Source: Promethearchaeota archaeon
GTDB taxonomy: Archaea > Asgardarchaeota > Lokiarchaeia > Sigyniarchaeales > SOKP01
Direction of reading: 5' to 3'
NCBI GenBank assembly: GCA_048941285.1
Contig: JBHLNS010000005.1
Coordinates: forward strand, 32,001 to 96,000
DNA length: 64,000 bases
The position numbers were made by a program, and so were the translations under genes. The notes under the pieces were generated by a model. That model was given only the letters and a program-made list of their open reading frames with translations. It made no database searches and was not told the origin of the DNA. Below, in pieces: positions 59,320-64,000 of this stretch. Position 1 is the first letter of the stretch. Each line of letters starts with the position of its first letter.

Positions 59320-60189
59320 TTACTTTGTCAAATCTTCTAAAGTTTTAATTTTGGTTTCAATTTTTTTTAATCTTAAATCAAATTCTTTATCCTTTTCTTC
59401 GTATTCATCTTCGCTTATTTCTTTTGCGTGAAATCTCCCTTTACTAAGTTTTCGTTCACTGTTGACCTCAGCTTTTTCCAATTTTAAATCTTGAATCCAA
59501 AGTTTCATTCCAGCTATTAAATCATCTTTTTCTTTTTCTAAATCAGATTTTTCTTGTTTATATTTATCTCTTAGTTTTTCAAAAGTTTCATCATCAACTT
59601 TGTGCAATTTATGTTCTTTTGATAGATTTTCTAGTTGAAATACTTTAGTCTCAATATCACTTGTGATCCTTTGAACTATAAAAGGTTCCTCTAAATTTTG
59701 CTTAATAACACTCTCCTTTTGTTTCAATTCGTTTATAAGAGTTTTTAAAGCTTCCAATTTTAGAGTTATTTCTTTTTTAAAATTAGGGTCGTATTCATAT
59801 TTAGGATCTTTCGTAGATTTAGAAAGTTCAGTTAATTTCTCAATAAGAACTTTTTTATTTAGTTGAATGTCATTGTATTCAATGTAATAAACCATTTGTT
59901 CCTTCACTTCTTCTGGTAGTGGTTTAAAATCTCCAGTTTCTTTTGATTTCGTGAATAATTTTTTCTTTATATATTTTGGTTCTTCATCAAAACCTTCTTC
60001 AATCCTTTCTTCTTTTACTTCTTCAGCTTTCTTTTCAACTTGTTTAACTTTTTCTTCTTTAACAGGTTCTGGACGTTTTGGTTTTACTTCTCTCTTAGAA
60101 ATATCAGTGAGTAGGGGCTTTCCACAAATTATGCAGTATTTATCATTCTCTTTTACAGGATTCCCACAATAGGGACAAAATTTACTCAT
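59320..60189 (-). CDS. zinc-ribbon + coiled-coil protein, CdvA-like coiled region
   Basis: CPYC/CIIC N-terminus; repeated KVDDETFEKL and EISEDEYEEK helical hairpins. Confidence 0.65.
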   Translation of the reverse strand: MSKFCPYCGNPVKENDKYCIICGKPLLTDISKREVKPKRPEPVKEEKVKQVEKKAEEVKEERIEEGFDEEPKYIKKKLFTKSKETGDFKPLPEEVKEQMVYYIEYNDIQLNKKVLIEKLTELSKSTKDPKYEYDPNFKKEITLKLEALKTLINELKQKESVIKQNLEEPFIVQRITSDIETKVFQLENLSKEHKLHKVDDETFEKLRDKYKQEKSDLEKEKDDLIAGMKLWIQDLKLEKAEVNSERKLSKGRFHAKEISEDEYEEKDKEFDLRLKKIETKIKTLEDLTK

Positions 60190-60432
60190 AAGTTCATCAA
60201 TTTATAGATGTTTTAATATCCTTTAACTAAAATAAATGAAACTTTAATTATAAGTCTATTAGAGTCCAATATTTAAAAGAATTATTATGTTAATCCTTAT
60301 GTTGCTTTCTTTTTAGATTGTTAAAAAAGCTAGAAAAGCCATAAAAAGTAAATAATCTCTTGAAAAAAGTAAAATTATTTATTATATTCAATAAAAATGT
60401 ATAAATTTTGTAGATTTTTTTAGATATTAGAT

Positions 60433-61851
60433 ATGGAAATTGAAAAGAAAATCCCAATTCACATTGGTTTATTTGGACATATTGACTCTGGGAAGACAAA
60501 AATAGCAGAAGGACTCAGTCAAATCATTTCCACTGCAGGTATTGACGCACATCCTCAAAGCAAAGAACGAGGTATTACAATTGATTTAGGTTTTACTAGT
60601 TTTTTACTTGATAAATACCTGGTAACATTAGTTGATGGCCCAGGTCATGCTGATTTAATAAAGATCAGTGCTTCCTCTGTAGAAATAATAGATTGTGGTT
60701 TAATTGTTATCGATATTAATAAAGGTCCTCAAGTTCAAACTGGAGAACATCTAATTATGATTGAATCTCTCAAGATAAATAAACTCATTGTAGTTCTCAA
60801 TAAAATTGATCTATATAGTGGTAGCATTGAAGAAGAAATAAAAAAAACAAGAGAATTTTTTAACTCAACCTCTTTTGGCTATGATGTGCCTATTTTTGCT
60901 GTTTCTGCTAAAAAAAAGATCGGATTTGAAGAATTGAAAGAAGGAATTCTAAAAACTATAGATTCATTAAAAATTGAGAGAAATATAGAAGGAGATCTCA
61001 TTATTCCAGTTGATCACCATTTTCCTATTAGAGGTATGGGTGTGATATTAACTGGCACTATACTGAATGGCTCTCTGAAAAGGAATCAAAATTTAGATAT
61101 ATTACCGATAAAAGTCTCAGGTAGAGTTAAAAATATTCAGATTTTTCACCAAGATGTTCATTCAGCAAAAGCAGGTGATAGGGTTGGGATTAATCTAAGG
61201 GGAATTGATTGGAAAAAAATTTTTCGGGGATGTTATGTTACTTCTAATCCTAAAACTTTTGAAAATTGTAATATAATCGAAGTTAAAGTAAATAATAATC
61301 CATTATTTAAACCTAAAACAAGTTTCGGAACTCAAATGCACATTACTATTGGAATGTTTACTTCTACCGGAAATATTTATCCTTATTATGAATTGGATGG
61401 AAAACGGATACAAACAACAGTATCCAACAAAGATCAAGGGTTTAAAGCAATAATCTTATTCAAAGAAAAAGTCTTAATCAGGAAAAAGAATTTGATTATG
61501 TTACTCAGCCGATTGGATTTACCTCCAACTACTTTAAGAATATTGGGATCAGCAGAATTATTAAAAATATATGATGAACCACCAATATTTTATAAATATA
61601 AAACCAAAAAAGGAATTATTAAAAATCCAGATCACCCCGAAGGAATTATATGTACTGGTTTAGCACAAAGTGCTATTGGCGCAAAAAAACTCATTGGGAA
61701 AGTTTTAGAACCACCGTTTACAAAAATTTTAAATACTTTTGGGACCAAAGGTGCTGTGATAATTGGTTCTAAAGAACAAAAAAAAAGGGCAAAGAGAGGA
61801 GATTCAGTATATCTCAAAGAATTAAGAAGTTTTAAACTAAAAAACATTTAA
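60433..61851 (+). CDS. selB: selenocysteine-specific elongation factor SelB/EFSec
   Basis: GHIDSGKT, ERGITIDLGF, DGPGHADL, NKID, DHHF; close to tRNA-Sec and SepSecS. Confidence 0.88.
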   Translation: MEIEKKIPIHIGLFGHIDSGKTKIAEGLSQIISTAGIDAHPQSKERGITIDLGFTSFLLDKYLVTLVDGPGHADLIKISASSVEIIDCGLIVIDINKGPQVQTGEHLIMIESLKINKLIVVLNKIDLYSGSIEEEIKKTREFFNSTSFGYDVPIFAVSAKKKIGFEELKEGILKTIDSLKIERNIEGDLIIPVDHHFPIRGMGVILTGTILNGSLKRNQNLDILPIKVSGRVKNIQIFHQDVHSAKAGDRVGINLRGIDWKKIFRGCYVTSNPKTFENCNIIEVKVNNNPLFKPKTSFGTQMHITIGMFTSTGNIYPYYELDGKRIQTTVSNKDQGFKAIILFKEKVLIRKKNLIMLLSRLDLPPTTLRILGSAELLKIYDEPPIFYKYKTKKGIIKNPDHPEGIICTGLAQSAIGAKKLIGKVLEPPFTKILNTFGTKGAVIIGSKEQKKRAKRGDSVYLKELRSFKLKNI

Positions 61852-61891
61852 ATTTTTGAAAATTAATATTATCTTAAGTGAGGTGTTTAAA

Positions 61892-62326
61892 TTGGAAAAA
61901 GCAAAAGAATCTGAAATTAATATCAGCCAAGAAATACTAGATGAGTTGATGCGGAGTCTAGAAAATTTAGAAGCATCAACAGACTTAGAAGGAACCGCAG
62001 TAGTTTCAAAAACCGGGTTACGTATTGCAAGTTCTGAAACTGCTGATGTTGTATGGGATATTTATAGCGCCAGTCCAGCTACATTAATCTCTTTAGGAGA
62101 GAAGATTAGTCAAGGGTTAGAACAAGGAGAGTTAAGAGATATTGTAATTAGAGGAACTAAAGGCTACACTATTATTCTGGTTGGATCTGCTGATAATAAT
62201 TTCATGTTATTTACAAATTGCAAAAAAGGGTATAAACTAGGTTATTATTTTCATAAAATTAGGAAAGCCTTTAGAGAAATGGAATCTGTTCTGAAAAAAA
62301 TTGAAACAAAAGAATTGAGATATTAA
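61892..62326 (+). CDS. roadblock/LC7 domain protein
   Basis: LEGTAVVSKTGLRIAS...IVIRGTKGY...KLG; TTG at 61892 follows a GAGGTG SD. Confidence 0.85.
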   Translation: MEKAKESEINISQEILDELMRSLENLEASTDLEGTAVVSKTGLRIASSETADVVWDIYSASPATLISLGEKISQGLEQGELRDIVIRGTKGYTIILVGSADNNFMLFTNCKKGYKLGYYFHKIRKAFREMESVLKKIETKELRY

Positions 62327-62382
62327 AATTAATTATTATGTTTCATACTAAAATTCATGAAGGGTAAAGAAAAACATTTTCT

Positions 62383-63999
62383 TTATCCATAAATCCATTT
62401 TACTATATCTTGATTTTGTAAATTATATTTATTAGCTGAAACACCGGGAAATTTTGCGTTGATTGAATAACGCCAATTTCCTACTATATTATCAACAGAT
62501 TCTACTAGGACTCCCATATCTCCATAATCAGTATATTCTATATTACACCACCTTTGTAAAGCATCAAAAGCAGTAGTATTATAGTTGCTCAATTCAAAGT
62601 TTTCCCACGTTCTTATTGTACCATTTCCATAGTCAACAATTAATGAAATATCTTGAACATTTCTCAAAGGATCATTTATTTCTCCTATTTCAATACTAAA
62701 TGTAAAGACCAATAATGAAGTAAAGCTAGCACCTGCCAATATTGCGATCAAGGCAAATTTATTAAATTTCTTGAATTTTGTATTTACCCTTGAAATAATT
62801 ATTGATGTTGCCATTAAGATCATGCTAATTGAAGAGATAATTATGTAGGGAATAGCCTTTAACAGGAGATTATTTGGAGCTCCATTATTTTCTCCTTCAG
62901 ACTCCCAAGGTGTATAATCACCAATAGCCATCTCTATTAGATAGCTCCCCACAAATGTTTCTACCCAGAGTAAAATTCCTGTTCTTTTTTCATAAATAAT
63001 ATAAGTACCTTGACCTCCTCCATTTTGATCAAATGTAATTTTAATAGTTAATTCTGTTTCTTCAACTGTAACTAATCCATTAACGAATCCTGATGCTTCT
63101 TCTAAGGCTAATTTCTTTACTCGAGTCAAGTTATTAATGATATGAAGGAGAAAACCTGGTTGAAAATTGTTATAACCAAGAGTAAGAGCCCAACTTAACT
63201 CACTATTTGATCTATTGCTAAGTGTAAAATTTGTTAATAAGATACTGGAAATGTTTTCAACTATTTCAATATCAAACCATGGAATGGGATCATCAATAAT
63301 ATTACCCCAATCGTTCGGATCTTTGTTGTAATAACCTGTAAATTTCACAATTATTTGTCCTCCGGAATTAGTTTTCCAATCACCTTCATATGAATTTCCT
63401 GGCCATTGTGTAAAATTATACCATCCAACTGCTCCACCAAAATTATCTACATTATAAATGAAGCTTGACGTATAATCACTGGTAAAGTTTAAGGATTGAA
63501 TTTCAAGTAAGTATCCAAAAATACTCGTTTTTGCCCAGACTAACAGCCCAGAGCTTTTATCATATATTAAATCAGTCTGTTGACCATCACCTATTTGGCT
63601 AAAACCAATATATAGGAAATTGTAAGTTTCTTCTATTTCAATTTCACCAACAATATCATATAATCCCCCTGGATCGGCTTGCTGTGTTGCCAATTCTTTA
63701 ATTTGTGTGAGGTTCTCATTTGGGATTAAAAAACCCGATTGAAAACTATTAAAACCAAGAGTTAATGCGCGTGCGACTTCACTATTGGATCTATTATTTA
63801 AAGTGAAGTTTAAATTAAGAATGCCTAGGTTGTTTTCTAATATACAAATATCGTACCAAGGGATAGGATCTTCAAACACACTCCCCCAGTCATTTAAATC
63901 CTTTTCATAAAATCCAGTTAGATTAATCCGTATTTGACCATCAATATTAGACTTCCAGTTTCCTTCATAGGAATTACTAGGCCAGGGGGTGAAGTTGTA
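62383..63999 (-). CDS. large extracellular repeat protein with two TM helices and a C-terminal DUF4430-like domain; 5'-truncated by window edge
   Basis: Frame is open to the window end. At least two ~190-aa repeats (DPIPW.DI...NFTL.NRSNSE...ALTLG.N.FQ.GFL); C-terminal GVLVESVD...WRYSIN. Confidence 0.75.
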   Translation of the reverse strand, partial: YNFTPWPSNSYEGNWKSNIDGQIRINLTGFYEKDLNDWGSVFEDPIPWYDICILENNLGILNLNFTLNNRSNSEVARALTLGFNSFQSGFLIPNENLTQIKELATQQADPGGLYDIVGEIEIEETYNFLYIGFSQIGDGQQTDLIYDKSSGLLVWAKTSIFGYLLEIQSLNFTSDYTSSFIYNVDNFGGAVGWYNFTQWPGNSYEGDWKTNSGGQIIVKFTGYYNKDPNDWGNIIDDPIPWFDIEIVENISSILLTNFTLSNRSNSELSWALTLGYNNFQPGFLLHIINNLTRVKKLALEEASGFVNGLVTVEETELTIKITFDQNGGGQGTYIIYEKRTGILLWVETFVGSYLIEMAIGDYTPWESEGENNGAPNNLLLKAIPYIIISSISMILMATSIIISRVNTKFKKFNKFALIAILAGASFTSLLVFTFSIEIGEINDPLRNVQDISLIVDYGNGTIRTWENFELSNYNTTAFDALQRWCNIEYTDYGDMGVLVESVDNIVGNWRYSINAKFPGVSANKYNLQNQDIVKWIYG

Positions 64000-64000
64000 C

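Noticed and set aside
561-61847. Numerous 60-120 aa antisense or overlapping ORFs in the ORF track (e.g. 561..800, 40636..40971, 42452..42742)
   Set aside because: They lie opposite or within well-supported genes and lack motifs; treated as shadow ORFs.
1-64000. Transposases, integrases, prophage or rRNA genes
   Set aside because: No such motifs or terminal repeats were recognised in this window.

Overview
AT-rich archaeal chromosomal DNA, most consistent with an Asgard (Lokiarchaeia-like) archaeon (inferred from gene content). It carries an ether-lipid operon, the rpl11-rpl1-P0-P1 operon, secY, an EMC3/TMCO1-family gene, rpl34e-cmk-rpl14e, rps2, selenocysteine machinery (tRNA-Sec, SepSecS, SelB), shikimate genes and eukaryote-signature candidates (Vps28-like, Yip1-like, roadblock, LITAF-like). 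The main discovery is a set of short bulge-helix-bulge (BHB)-type introns inside protein-coding genes that the ORF track misses. rpl11 has a 36-nt stop-containing intron (40288-40323). A 56-aa zinc-ribbon gene has two introns of 29 and 30 nt (34611-34639, 34664-34693). In all three cases, cutting at the standard archaeal splicing-endonuclease position restores an intact reading frame. Two tRNA genes (Ser-GGA and an unusual Ile-UAU) each also carry two BHB introns, three of the four at non-canonical positions, giving seven candidate introns in 64 kb. Several genes appear to start at ATT/ATA codons. All calls come from reading the sequence by eye; no database searches or folding programs were run.
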